From Octopus sinensis (lineage: Eukaryota): a stretch of 64,000 bases of DNA. Positions 1-12,739 of the stretch are shown here, one piece after another (positions within the stretch are counted from its first letter, which is position 1; the number at the start of each line of letters is the position of its first letter). The notes below the pieces were generated by a model, which was given only the letters and a program-made list of their open reading frames with translations, searched no databases and had not been told where the DNA came from. The stretch is from NCBI RefSeq assembly GCF_006345805.1, contig NC_043001.1, positions 13,330,001 to 13,394,000 of the forward strand. Reading direction: 5' to 3'. The position numbers and the translations under genes are program-made.

Positions 1-166
1 CATAATAATCATTTAGTTAGTCAAAGCAGTTTCGAGTATAATCCTTTGCAATAGAATAACTGGAACAGGGTAATGCCTAGTTTTGTTGCTGTACCTAGAC
101 CACGGAAAATAGAAAATAAAGTACTCTCATTTACACCTGACATGTGAGATACATCCACAAATTATT

Positions 167-220
<54 letters not shown>

Positions 221-222
<2 letters not shown>

Positions 223-411
223 TTTTAGTCTTTTACTTGTTTCAGTCATTTGACTGTGGTCTTGCTGGAGCACCGCCTTTAGTAGAGCAAATTGACCCCA
301 GGACTTATTCTTTCTAAGGCTAGTACTTATTTTATCGGCTCTTTTGCCGAACCACTAAGTTACGGTTGTCATGCGCTGTTGGGGGGACAAACACAGACAC
401 ACAAGCATATG

Positions 412-478
<67 letters not shown>

Positions 479-649
479 TTATATACGACGGGCGTCTTTC
501 CGTTTCCGTCTACCAAATCCACTCACAAGGATTTGGTTGGCCCGAGGCTATAATAGAAGACACGTCCCCAAGGTGCCACGCAGTGGGACTGAACCCGGAA
601 CCATGTGGATCGTAAGCAATCTACTTACCACAAAGCCACTCCTACGCCT
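221..649 (-). mobile_element. SINE family A (tRNA-derived head, internal (TA)n/(TG)n, (GTAAAAGA)n tail)
   Basis: Reverse complement reads GGCGTAGGAGTGGCTTTGTGGTAAG...GGTTCAGTCCC (A/B boxes). Body matches more than 10 other copies in the window. Confidence 0.9.
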
Positions 650-2575
650 ATATATATATATATATATATATGTATATTTCAGTAGATACATAGTAGTGAA
701 GAAAAATGTTTACCATTCTCTTCAAATATAGGTATGAGTTTGTTTTGCACAGAACTACATTCCGTTATTAATGTTTCATCTCATGCATTCAAATCTTTTC
801 CTCTCTCGATTTCACCAACGGTTTTCCAAACCACTTTCATAATTACTTCCCGATGCTTCAAGCAAACCGACAACCTACTTCTAAAGTAAATATTTTTCAT
901 TGGATTTCAAATTCTAATGAACATACTTCTGCTAAAATAAGCAGAACTTTCGTCAAATGACATTTCCATTTAAGATTGAGATCCTACTCAATGTCGGATC
1001 TTAATCTTCGTCACTCTACAATCATAGATATGAATAGCACCAGTGTAAACTAATGAAATATTTCTTCATATTACACTGATTTTATATAACAATTGAGCTG
1101 ATAACTAAAGTATCTTATCTATGTCAACCAGCAATTATTGTCTTAAACATCGACACCGAGATGTGAATTTCTCTGTGGCAATACCAGCTATTATACATTT
1201 GATAGCATAATTGTTCATTGTTCAGAAATAATGATTAATGAGAAGCAAACTTGATAATGAGTTCAAATTGGATATGATTAGAGATCCTCTGCTTCGGAAA
1301 TCGAAAATGCATGCCGTGTTCGATGCTATAATTGTTGTCTTCGACGTCGATAGCGTAGTCATCACACTTGTATAAAATATGCTGGTCACCATTTTCATTG
1401 TCGCTCTCGTCTTCAACATCACAATGGCCGATGCCGTTGCCTCCACAATAATCATCATCATCATCACCATCGTCACCATGGAGTGCTTTGTTTGGAGCAT
1501 GTTTTGCAACAAATTGTTGAAGGTTAATGGTGCATAACTGACTGACGGCTATTTATCAACAACAAAACAATATATTTTTTTGTATCTTAAAATATTCTTC
1601 TTTGTTTGTACATTAGTTGAAAAACAATAATAGCAACCGGCAAGTCAGTTCATGTATTAATGTTTCTCTAAATGAGGTTTTCAGGTTTTCCATTAACCAG
1701 TTTTCATTCCCAAAGGGCAAATAATCTGGATACCAAAATGTCGACACAAATGCTTTTTGTTTTTCTAATTGAAAAATATGAGAAAATATTGGGGACTAAT
1801 GTCGCTCACAGGTTATGAAGATCGAACGTCAAAGAATATGAATAAAAGCTATACAATACGAAAAGGAAGCGAAGAGTAACAAATAATAACGAGTAAATGT
1901 TTTCTTTGGATATGAAGAATATTAGAATGAAACCTCATAATTTTAAAATCTCATAAATGTATTTTTATAAGTGGGAAGATCTTCACCAGAGGGCACCAAA
2001 TGTAGATGTGGAATTATTAGAATAATCGAAGGTACTGGGTACGCTTTTTGATTTCCTGCCTATCTTTCGTAATTGGAATTACGATTATGTATGAGGACTC
2101 CAACGAAGGCTATGACATAAAATATAGATATTATATTAGTGGTGATCATTCTTGTATTTAAAGGAAGTAATATTCTTGTATTGATAATGTTATAAGAAAC
2201 GCAATAATGTAAGGCTGTAAATTTGGCAAGGGATAAGGAAGGATTTCAGGAATCTCAAAAGCATTAAGTGTATCAGCTATTTGATTTGGATTATAAGATA
2301 AAGTTATACATTGTGAAAGTGAGTTCACAAAAATTTTATTGGAATTAGACTATTATACAGTGCCAAAACATGCATTTTAATATTTAAGTTAATGGTAATA
2401 TAATGCAGAGAAATATTAGGTATATATATATATATATGTATATATATCTGTATCTATGTAACTATCTATCTATCTACCTATATATGTTTATATATACACA
2501 TACACAAGTATATATAATATATATATATTATATATATATGTATCTATGTAACTATCTACACACACACATACACAA

Positions 2576-2609
<34 letters not shown>

Positions 2610-3082
2610 CCTTGTGTAGTTTGTTTTTACGTTTTCGTTTCTCGTTGAGTTATACGTCTATTTGTGGTGTCCTGTACTCACGTATATATATTTATATATG
2701 CATGTATATATACATGTAGATGTAGGTACGTACATATATGTATGTATGTATGCATATAATTTATTTATTACACTATGTATAATATAGATACATATCCATG
2801 TGTGTTAGATTTGTTTTATCCTTACAATGGGAAGTATGGATCACCGAACTTGACGAGGCGGAAATTCTGGTAATTTTATATAGTTGCTATGCAGATCAAG
2901 AAATGTGTATATGTCGTATCAGAACAATTATAACCACAAGACAATCCCACCCGTCGACCACAACTAAACATAGAACAACTACCCCACCCTTCGTTAATTA
3001 CCCCTCTCCCATATATCAAGAAGCTTTTAATTATCATCTTTTGTCCTTAGAGGTAATTGTCCTGGGTGGGGTGTTATAGTCG

Positions 3083-3128
<46 letters not shown>

Positions 3129-3646
3129 TATGTATCTGTGCGTGTGCGTGTGTCTGTCTGTGTGTTTGTCTCTTTGTGTGCGTACGCTCGTGTATGGGTG
3201 TTTGTGTTTTGTGTGTGTGCGTGACTACGACAGTTAATGACTTCATCATTGTGAATTTATTAAATACGTAACGTTCTTTGAATACTGTTGATTTCATTAA
3301 AAAATATGGATGCGCATTTACATTTCAGACCTAATTTAGGGTGTTCCGTCTGTGACCCTTCATGTTTTTATTCTTCACAATCAAAATTTATATCTTAAAG
3401 TCAAAACTACCACAATAGATATACAGTGCACCGACAGCGAGGGAATGGAAATTGAAAACCAACCCTTCAAATCAGATTCTGTTGAATCTCTTTTGGAGGG
3501 TTTTATCTTTATTATTATCTTTATTATCGTAGTTTTGGCTCACTCACTCACTCATACACACATACACAGGGGCGGACACATATACACACACAAACTTATA
3601 TGTGCATATACACGCAGTCACATGTGAGATTGTGTGCCTTGTAATC

Positions 3647-3701
<55 letters not shown>

Positions 3702-3829
3702 CACACACATATATGTCGGTTAAACATATTTAAAGGGAATAATTATAAATCTTTCCCCTTATAAGATTTTCACGATGACTACTTGATAAGCTGCTATATA
3801 GATGTTATCCTATATTTTAATTTAATCGG

Positions 3830-4050
<221 letters not shown>

Positions 4051-4569
4051 TTACACAGCACACCATCTCACATGTAACCAAATGTATATGTACATATATA
4101 TTTGCGTGTGTATATGTGTGTATGAGTGAGTGTGTGGCTCTGTGTGTGTGTTTGTGTGCGCGCGTGCATGTATTTGTCTGTGTGAAAATACGTATCATTC
4201 TATATTATGTCTTAATTATTCTTTCTTTTTTTCTATCAAAGTTATTTATTTACATTTCAGAAAATCTCGGCCAATTATTCCCTGAAGTATTACCAAAAAT
4301 AGCACAACGAAAACGTAAAACCACCTCTTTTGGCATCTTCGAATATTCGTATATGAAAGCGCCCAACCTCATAACTCTGCCTTAATCATATTTTGCACTA
4401 ATATTGATTAATTTTAATAAAGTTGCCCATCTGTTGTGCCAAAATATTTCGATATCGCAAATGTTTGTCAATTTAATTTGAGTCACATAACGGTTGTTTC
4501 GTTTTTCATAATTTTTAATTGGCCTTGTTTATATGCAAATAAACGGATTACCTTACTGCATATTGTATA

Positions 4570-4730
4570 GGCCCCAGGAATTATTTCCATTTTTAAGCCC
4601 AGCTACATATTCCCTCGGTCTCTTATACCTAACTGCTAAATTAGATGAACGTAAGCACACCAGCATCGGTTGTCAGGTGGTGTAGGGGGACAACCAGTCG
4701 TAAAACATACACACACGTATACATATATAT
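4570..4730 (-). mobile_element. Degenerate SINE A 3' fragment
   Basis: CACACCAGCATCGGTTGTCA and flanks match the family A body in reverse. Confidence 0.5.
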
Positions 4731-4734
4731 ATAT

Positions 4735-4775
<41 letters not shown>

Positions 4776-4804
4776 TAAAAAATGGAGTTAACGCAGGTGT
4801 AATC

Positions 4805-4917
4805 AAATAGTTACCAGGGCAGCAAAATATTCAACGTAAACACGAAGTTTCTACCTTTATAAACAAGGAGTTACAACACCTTTACTTGTGAGATTTTTGC
4901 TGCCCTGGTAACTATTT
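4805..4917. repeat. 23-bp inverted repeat with 67-bp spacer
   Basis: AAATAGTTACCAGGGCAGCAAAA (4805-4827) versus TTTTGCTGCCCTGGTAACTATTT (4895-4917). Confidence 0.85.
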
Positions 4918-4964
4918 ATTTATTTTCTCTGTGTTAACTGTTAACAAGGTAAAAATACACTCAT

Positions 4965-4999
<35 letters not shown>

Positions 5000-5002
<3 letters not shown>

Positions 5003-5690
5003 GGGGGGGACAAAATAATGGAAGCAGCTTAAAATTTAAAACAAATTTATTTTAATATAGGGTAGGACTGTCTTTGGCAGTAATTGCAGCTTGAATTCTA
5101 CGAGGTAAGAACTCGTATGAAGTTTGAATTGTTTCCAAAGGAATTTTTGTCAATTCTTCAGCTAAAACAATTCTTGTAATGATGATGGTGAAGAATATCG
5201 ACTCATTTGTTTTTCCAAAATGCACCATAAATGCTCAATAATATTGAGATCTGAGGACTGTAGCAGCCAGATAAGATGTTCAATTTCGCTAGAATGTTCT
5301 TCGTGTCATTCAGTAACACTTTTGCTCTGTGAATTGGTGCGTTATCATCTTGAAAGATTGCGTTTCCCACCGGAAACAGTTCTGCAACCATAGGATGAAT
5401 TTGATGAGATAAAATGCTTAAATAGACTTGACTATTAATTCTGCTATGAAGGGAAACCATTGGGCCGGCGGATTTCCAAGATATAACACCCCAGTTCATC
5501 ACAGATCCTCCTCCATGTTTAAACAGTTAGAAGGCAGGCTGGGTTGAATGCTTCTTTTGGCTGTCTCCAAACCCATACTCGGCGGGTGCTTGGAAATATG
5601 GTAAAGGATGACTCGTCCGAGAAAATAACATACTTCCACTGTTCTTCGGACCAATTCTGTAGGTTTTTACTTCACTCTAAACGCAAAAAT
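5000..5690 (-). mobile_element. Tc1-like DNA transposon remnant (DDE transposase pseudogene)
   Basis: Terminus TA|CAGGGGGGGGACAAAATAATGG. Minus-strand peptides WKYVIFSDES, MNWGVIS...IFQDDNAPIHRAK and (frameshifted) WLLQSSDLNIIEH are Tc1 catalytic motifs. Confidence 0.85.
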
Positions 5691-5713
5691 GAAAATAACC
5701 CTGACATCTCATA

Positions 5714-6489
5714 TTAACATATATATTTACCCAAATTACATAAAATATCTTGAAATATTAAATAGTGAATGTATTCAATAAAATTGAAATTAGCTTCAAC
5801 CACGGCCTCCAGACAATTTTGGAATCTCCTGCAACTCTTCTGGACAGTTTCCTTGTTTACATTGGTGAATGATGCCATAATTGTTGCCTTCAGTTTATCT
5901 TTTGTGTTACAAGGAGTTTTGTTGGTCACTCGCTCAACTACGCCTCACACATAATAAAGAGGCTTGCACTCTGGGGAGTTAGGTGGCCAGATGTTATAGG
6001 TGATGTGATCGCAGAAATTGTCTGAGACACATGACTGTGTTCCCCTAGTTCTAGAATCCTGTTGCCATACATAAGGTCTTCCAACCTCTTGATCTAGAGC
6101 AGTACTACCTCATCTAGGCACTTGATGTACGCCTCCTTATTGAGTTTGAGGCCGTGTGGGAAGATGGATGGAGGCATAAACTCTCTATAACTAGTGATCG
6201 TTCCTCACACCATGATGTTGCCTGGATGTCTGATTTTCATCAGTCTCGGTACGTGTTCCTATTGGTACATTATCGTATTGGAGCTTCCAACACTTCGTAT
6301 TGGAGCTTGCTGCGCGAATGCTAAGCAGTACAGCATGTCACTTCCAAATGTCGGTAGAGGGAATTACGTTATTGTGCTGTTTTTGTCACAGACAGTGCCC
6401 AATTGACCCTACTATACTGTGTAGTGAACAAAATCAAATCCAACAATGTGCGTGCACGAAATTTAAAAATATATCCATCGAACCTTGCA
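5714..6489 (-). mobile_element. Second Tc1/mariner-superfamily remnant (DD37D/maT-like), degenerate
   Basis: Minus-strand peptides KIRHPGNIMV, PPSIFPHGLKLNKEAYIKCL, WPPNSPEC and NKTPCNTKDKLKATIMASFTNVNKETVQKSCRRF..CLEAVVEAN, with stops and frameshifts. Confidence 0.75.
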
Positions 6490-7170
6490 CATGCACACGT
6501 ATGTATTTGTATGCATTTCTCATCTATGTAGTTTTGATTATAATTATTCCAATATTTTCTCTCACCAATACGGGTATAATTTGAATATATTTTTTCGCTC
6601 ATCAATGTTTCATCATATGTAAATTATGTGTGAGTCTTATAAAAAATACGCGCCCTGATATTTTAAACTAATTAACTTATATAACAAATTGATTAACCGC
6701 TGTTTATAAATTCATTGTTTTAACCGGCTATAAGCCTTGTACTTATTCTGGAATATCGCTGAGGCCATGGGTTATTTTCTTTCTCTTCTGCGGAGAAACT
6801 AGTCTTAAAGATACTGTGTGAAAAAATATTCATTTTTTATTCGGAATTTCTCGTTTAGTGATAGCAATTCAGGCAGGAATTTGAATGAAATTTATTCCCT
6901 GTCAAATATCAACAGCTTATTTATGCCAAAAATAAGTCACCACGAAACATAGCGAAATAAATTTGCAATTTATCTATCTCTTTTCAAGCAGAAGAAAATA
7001 TTTCATATTATGGGGATCCATTCTCGTTAGTCCTTAAAATTAACTACGCTATTCCTTTAGATTTTACTTGGTGTATATTTTCGGATGTGATAAACGTGTG
7101 TAAGTGCAAATATATATTCTATATATATATATTATATATATAATATATATTATATATATATATATATAAT

Positions 7171-7221
<51 letters not shown>

Positions 7222-7320
7222 TACTCACGTACATCACGAATAAATAAAACCAGTTCTCAAAAATCATTTGATAAATTACTATTTGCAAATGATTACACTT
7301 TGTGGATTCCGGCATACGGG

Positions 7321-7357
<37 letters not shown>

Positions 7358-7696
7358 ATTATATATATATAAATACATATATATTCCTCATCTGTTGCTA
7401 AAGTCGATGCAAGCGTTAAATAAGTCACCAAAGAAAAAGAGTCTATTTCTCTTCATTGAGGAGCGTTTTCCGAAGTAACAAATGAGTTTACGGATGCAGC
7501 AATTTTAGGCTTCTCTTAGCATAAAACTGATAGATTTGTGCTGGTGAAGTTAATGAGCATGGCATAGCGCACAATATATATATGTGTGTTCTACTCTTTC
7601 ATTTCAAGTTCCAGATATAGCTTGCCATTCCTCTTTTTCCTGTGGAATTAATAACAGAAGCTATCTTTCGATGTAAGTAGATTAGCTTAATCTTTT

Positions 7697-8077
7697 TGGA
7701 AGCATTCCGTCGGTTACGACGACGAGGGTTCCGGTTGATCCGATCAACGGAACAGCCTGCTCGTGAAATTAACGTGTAAGTGGCTGAGCACTCCACAGAC
7801 ACGTGTACCTTTAACGTAGTTCTCGGGGATATTCTGCGTGACACAGAGAGTGACAAGGCCGGCCCTTTGAAATACAGGTACCACAGAAACAGGAAGTAAG
7901 AGTGAGAGAAAGTTGTGGTGAAAGAGTACAGTAGGGATCACCATCCCCTGCCGGAGCCTCGTGGAGCTATTAGGTGTTTTCGCTGAATAAACACTCACAA
8001 CGCCCGGTCTGGGAATCAAATCCGCGATCCTATGACCGCGAGTCCCCTGCCCTAACCACTGGGCCACTGCGCCTCCA
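7697..8077 (-). mobile_element. SINE family C (tRNA-derived)
   Basis: Minus-strand head GGAGGCGCAGTGGCCCAGTGGTTAGGG...GATTTGATTCCC (A/B boxes). Near-identical copies at 19026 and 57161. Confidence 0.9.
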
Positions 8078-8327
8078 CTATGATTAAAAAACTAGATGGA
8101 CTAAACAAAAATATCTTTTCTACCAATGCCAACCCACACCTAGACTATGCCATCAAAATACATACCATTGAAAGAAATGTAATATGAAATCCAAGGAGTT
8201 TTCGTATGATTAAGATGTGTTTAAAATAGTTTTTAATAGATTTCCTAATAGCTTAGATTCTTGTAAAGCCTTTCAATGGTGGAAAAGTTCTCGGTGCTTT
8301 TGTGTCTGTGTGTATCAGTGTCGGTAT

Positions 8328-8933
8328 AGGCGGTGAGCTGGCAGAAACTTTAGCACGCCGGGCGAAATGCTAAACAGTATTTCGTCTGCGGCTACGTTCT
8401 GAGTTCAAATTCCGCCGAGGTCGACTTTGCTTTTCATCCTTTCGGGGTCGATTAAATAAGTACCAGTTACGCACTGGGTTTCGATATAATTGACTTAATC
8501 CCTTTGTCTGTCTTTGATTGTCCCCTCTGTGTTTAGCCCCTTGTGGGTAGTAAAGAAATAGGTATTTCGTCTGCGGCTACGTCCTGAATTCAAATTCCGC
8601 CGAGGTCGACTTTGCTTTTCATCCTTTCGGGATCGATTACAGAAGTACCAGTTACGCACTGGGGTCGATATAATCGACCTAATCCGTTTGTCTGTCTTTG
8701 ATTGTCCCCTCTGTGTTTAGCCCCTTGTGGGTAGTAAAGAAATAGGTATTTCGTCTGCGGCTACGTCCTGAATTCAAATTCTGCCGAGGTCGACTTTGCT
8801 TTACATCCATTCGGGATCGATTAAATAAGTACCAGTTACGCACTGGGGTCGATATAATCGACCTAATCCGTTTTTATGTCCTTATTTGTTTCCTCTGTGT
8901 GTATCCCCTTGTGGGCAGTAAAGAAATAGGTAT
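8328..8933 (+). mobile_element. SINE family B: one head plus three tandem ~184-bp bodies
   Basis: Head AGGCGGTGAGCTGGCAGAA...GAGTTCAAATTCC. TTCGTCTGCGGCTACG recurs at 8381, 8566 and 8750. Confidence 0.9.
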
Positions 8934-9319
8934 GTAGTTATATTTCTCTGAAGGAATTATGATATACATTTGCTTTAAACAAACGAATACCTAATTATGG
9001 AATCAAAAAAGCACACTATCTGTAATTCATAAAATGTTTGATCCTAAAACCAAAACACATTTTGATGCAGTCTATATGTTATATAACCTTTATATTTTGC
9101 ATTTACGTTCCAGTGCCCCGTAACATAACCATCATTACGAAATGTTATAGCGTAAATCTACACTAAGGTAATTTACTCATATACATCAAGATTGAAGTAA
9201 TCATAACAGGAATTAAATTCAAAAGTCCTACTTTAAAATAACATGTAGCGTTCATTATAATAGATTCCTTGCAATAATTTTTAGACCTTCTCTGAAGGTA
9301 ACTTATATACATTTTACTG

Positions 9320-9327
9320 TGTATATA

Positions 9328-9388
<61 letters not shown>

Positions 9389-9406
9389 ATATATAAATAA
9401 ATATAT

Positions 9407-9459
<53 letters not shown>

Positions 9460-9464
9460 TATAT

Positions 9465-9531
<67 letters not shown>

Positions 9532-9550
9532 TATATATATATATAATATA

Positions 9551-9640
<90 letters not shown>
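9320..9640. repeat. (TA)n/(TATG)n microsatellite
   Basis: Directly visible simple repeat. Confidence 0.95.
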
Positions 9641-9642
<2 letters not shown>

Positions 9643-10405
9643 ATGCATTCATTCCAATTGCACAAACCTCGCAGCTTTGGTAATGTTTACATTCTCATTT
9701 CAGAAAAGATGAAAGCGAAATAAACAGCTGCGTGTTATAAACTTACTAAAATGAAGTGTGAACATTATTTAAAGAAAAATCAATTCGAAGCTAAATTAAA
9801 TATGTTTAAGTAAATTTTTACTACAGAGCATTCCTTTGATATGAAACTAGTCGCAAGCAAATGATGTTTGATTAGATGTATACACACACATTTACTTTCA
9901 GAAACTTTAGAACAATCAGTTTTATGGGAATGCAATAGTGAGGAAATTTTAAGGACAAACAAAAATATATATGTGCAAAAGGAATGGGAAAGGAAGATGG
10001 TGTGATTCATGTAACATACAGTTCTGATTGAACATGAATGAGGACGAAATATTTTTGTAAAGTAATTTATTGTTTAACATGTAATGCGCAATATAATGCA
10101 GATGGCAGCGACTGGTTTTTGGTTTCGAATGCCTCTTACACGCCTATAAGATGAGAAGTGACAACTGCCAGGCAAACTCCATTCAGACTTGGGTTTCCCA
10201 TGAGTTTCCATCGAGAACAATGTAACTTCTTTAACAATGCAAAAAAAAAATCTATACTGAATTTGAAAGAAAATCGAGGCGAGGCGTTAATTTGTTGTTA
10301 GGTTAATACTATGGCTATACCATATTTGCACAAAGGTGTACCGCACTAGTATAGCAAAGTGTATGCACATGACTGTGAATATACATTCATGTGCATATAT
10401 ATATG

Positions 10406-10437
<32 letters not shown>

Positions 10438-10442
10438 CAATA

Positions 10443-10476
<34 letters not shown>

Positions 10477-10485
10477 TATATGTGT

Positions 10486-10525
<40 letters not shown>

Positions 10526-10526
10526 C

Positions 10527-10571
<45 letters not shown>

Positions 10572-10692
10572 TTTATACATACATACATACATATATTATT
10601 GTAATTAGTAGGGAACATTACTTCCAAGTACACAGGAAAAAAGTTATTCAAATTAGATGTACTAAAATGAACATCTCTCAATGTATAATTCG

Positions 10693-11009
10693 TATATATA
10701 AAAGTAATTTTAGAGACAGAACCACCTTCAACTCAATCAACACTGGAAAGGTTTATACCCGACCACTCCATAAAATGTTAAATATTAGATCTATACTAAC
10801 TATATTCTGAATCCTGTATTTTCCGTTTATAAGACTACACATGTTTCATGAAAGTACGTCGGTATTGATTAGAAACGAAGTATCTAGTTTCAATACTTAC
10901 TCGGGTCGGCATACTCCCAATCTTCATTTTATGGAGTGGTCGGGTATAAAACCTTTCAGTGTTGATTGAGTTGAAGGTGGTTCTGTCTCTAAAATTACTT
11001 TTATATATA
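10693..11009. repeat. Fold-back element with ~85-bp inverted arms
   Basis: Arms 10693-10777 and 10925-11009 are near-identical reverse complements (AAAGTAATTTTAGAGACAGAACCACC...CCATAAAATG). The right arm ends in (TA)n. Confidence 0.9.
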
Positions 11010-11249
11010 TATATATATATATAATTTAAAAATCAATAAAAGCATATGGAGTAGAAACATTTAAAAAGCCTGCTTGGTTTGTATTATTTGTATTACAATT
11101 GGAAAAGTAATGCAAATCCAGAGATGGAAAAATATACCTATAAGAGTATAAAAGGAACCGCCTTAACCAACAAAACAACCCCATAAATCCCACTAAAAGA
11201 TATTCTACATAGATATATATGTTTCGATATGACAGTATTTAAGAAACAT

Positions 11250-11540
11250 CGTTGCAACTATGTCGCCACGTTTTTACTTCATGCTGAAGATGTTACGACA
11301 TCTTCGATGTTACTGCTCTTCTAAATCTTTAGTTAATTCAAGTACAAGAGCATGCTGTCTTATCTTTGCAGCCCTAAGCAATGCTGTCCATGAGCCCAGA
11401 TCTTGTGGTGACAAAAGGTTGGTAGGGGTATTGTTGGAACAATGGATTATAAAGTTTGGGGCTGTCCGCTTCCTTGGAAGTGCTTCACTGTCATTTCTCC
11501 ATGTTGAAGCCAATTGGGCCTACTTCAAAACATCACTGCA
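11250..11540 (-). pseudogene. Fragment resembling the Cys/His-rich N-terminus of a large invertebrate DNA-transposon protein
   Basis: FIIHC...LLSPQDLGSWTALLRAAKIRQH...KDLEEQ*HRRCRNIFSMK. The HxxC motif is similar in style to the ORF at 47050. Recall only. Confidence 0.4.
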
Positions 11541-11789
11541 ATAAGGTTCTCGCCTTCAAAATATAGAAAAGTAATTGCAAGCTTTGGGATACATTAATTA
11601 ACATGTATTAAACCTATGCTAATTTCTATTATATGTGTGAACGGTGCCATATATGCAGAAGTATTTCCGTATGTTATTGGTGACATTCCATAAATCTGCA
11701 AAGCTACCAAGCTGTAAGAGCTATCACATTTTTTCACTGATAGTGACTTTCTAATCATTTTAGTACCCAGATGGCATCAAAAGAGCTAA

Positions 11790-12140
11790 GGGAATAGATA
11801 TACAAAGATTAAGGAAAAAACTAGCCGAATTACTAAACAAGACTTAAAAATACTCGCGTACATCACACATATCCCCAGAAATAACGAAGCCTTCAACATC
11901 ATCACCCAAAACCTTCCCATCCTCACAACAGACAAAACAATGAACGAAATTTTAAGCTCATATAAAATTATAAAAAGCAAAAAGCAACCGAAGTCACTGA
12001 AAAGATTATTAAGCAGCGCTAGACTTTACCCACTAACTACTGAGCCAAAAATGACAAAATGTGGACGTTCTAACTGTGGAACATGCCCCCACCTTCTGGG
12101 GGGTTCAGAATTCCAATTCAAACAAGGAGAAATATTTAAG
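11790..12140 (+). pseudogene. Penelope-like element fragment (linker and Zn-finger region before GIY-YIG)
   Basis: AYITHIPRNNEAFNIITQNLPIL...KSKKQPKSLKRLL...KCGRSNCGTC parallels PYIPTYNPRNKEAFTIITQNLPIL of the adjacent PLE. Confidence 0.85.
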
Positions 12141-12176
12141 ATGGAGGAGCAAACACAAACACAACACACACACACA

Positions 12177-12217
<41 letters not shown>

Positions 12218-12345
12218 GTGTGCAATATCTTATATAGATATGTATATATATATATACATGTATGTATATTTTATATACACATATAATACATATATATATA
12301 TATATATACATACATATATATATTATATATATATATTATATATAT

Positions 12346-12377
<32 letters not shown>

Positions 12378-12546
12378 AGAAAGTTTGTTTGGTAAAGCAC
12401 GTGGGTGAATATATAAGAAAATAGTAAAGAGTGAAAAAACGACAGAAGGCTTAAATGTTAAAAAATATATATTTGCGTCAATATGTCTGGAGAATATTGG
12501 AAAAATTTTTTTCCCTCCTTAAAATGACATAATTTTATAATTTTTA

Positions 12547-12585
12547 AAGAAATACCGGTTTCGCAGTTAGCTCTTCAAATTTCTT
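12547..12585 (-). ncRNA. Minimal type I hammerhead ribozyme motif (C3U variant) in the PLE 3' region
   Basis: AAGAAA-T-TTGAAGA-GC-TAACT-GC-GAAAC-CG-GTA-TTTCTT. Stem III is palindromic (ACCGGT). Stem I needs a 1-nt bulge. Confidence 0.65.
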
Positions 12586-12739
12586 GTGACTTAATGTTTA
12601 TTTTAATAACGTAATCCTTGTATTTTTGCTACGGAGAGTTCTAGATAAGGGAAAGTAGTGAGTGATTTCTTCCGGTGTAAGGGAGATAATCGCTTAAAAT
12701 TTTTTTTTCCTTTAGTGTGAATTTCTCTGTATTATTGAG

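Noticed and set aside
1222-1512. 96-aa ORF and an acidic alternative frame
   Set aside because: Decayed (GAT/CAT)n low-complexity DNA with no recognisable domain or splice context.
8328-8933. Regular repeats resembling a CRISPR array
   Set aside because: The units are whole ~184-bp SINE bodies with no unique spacers and no cas genes, in a eukaryotic context.
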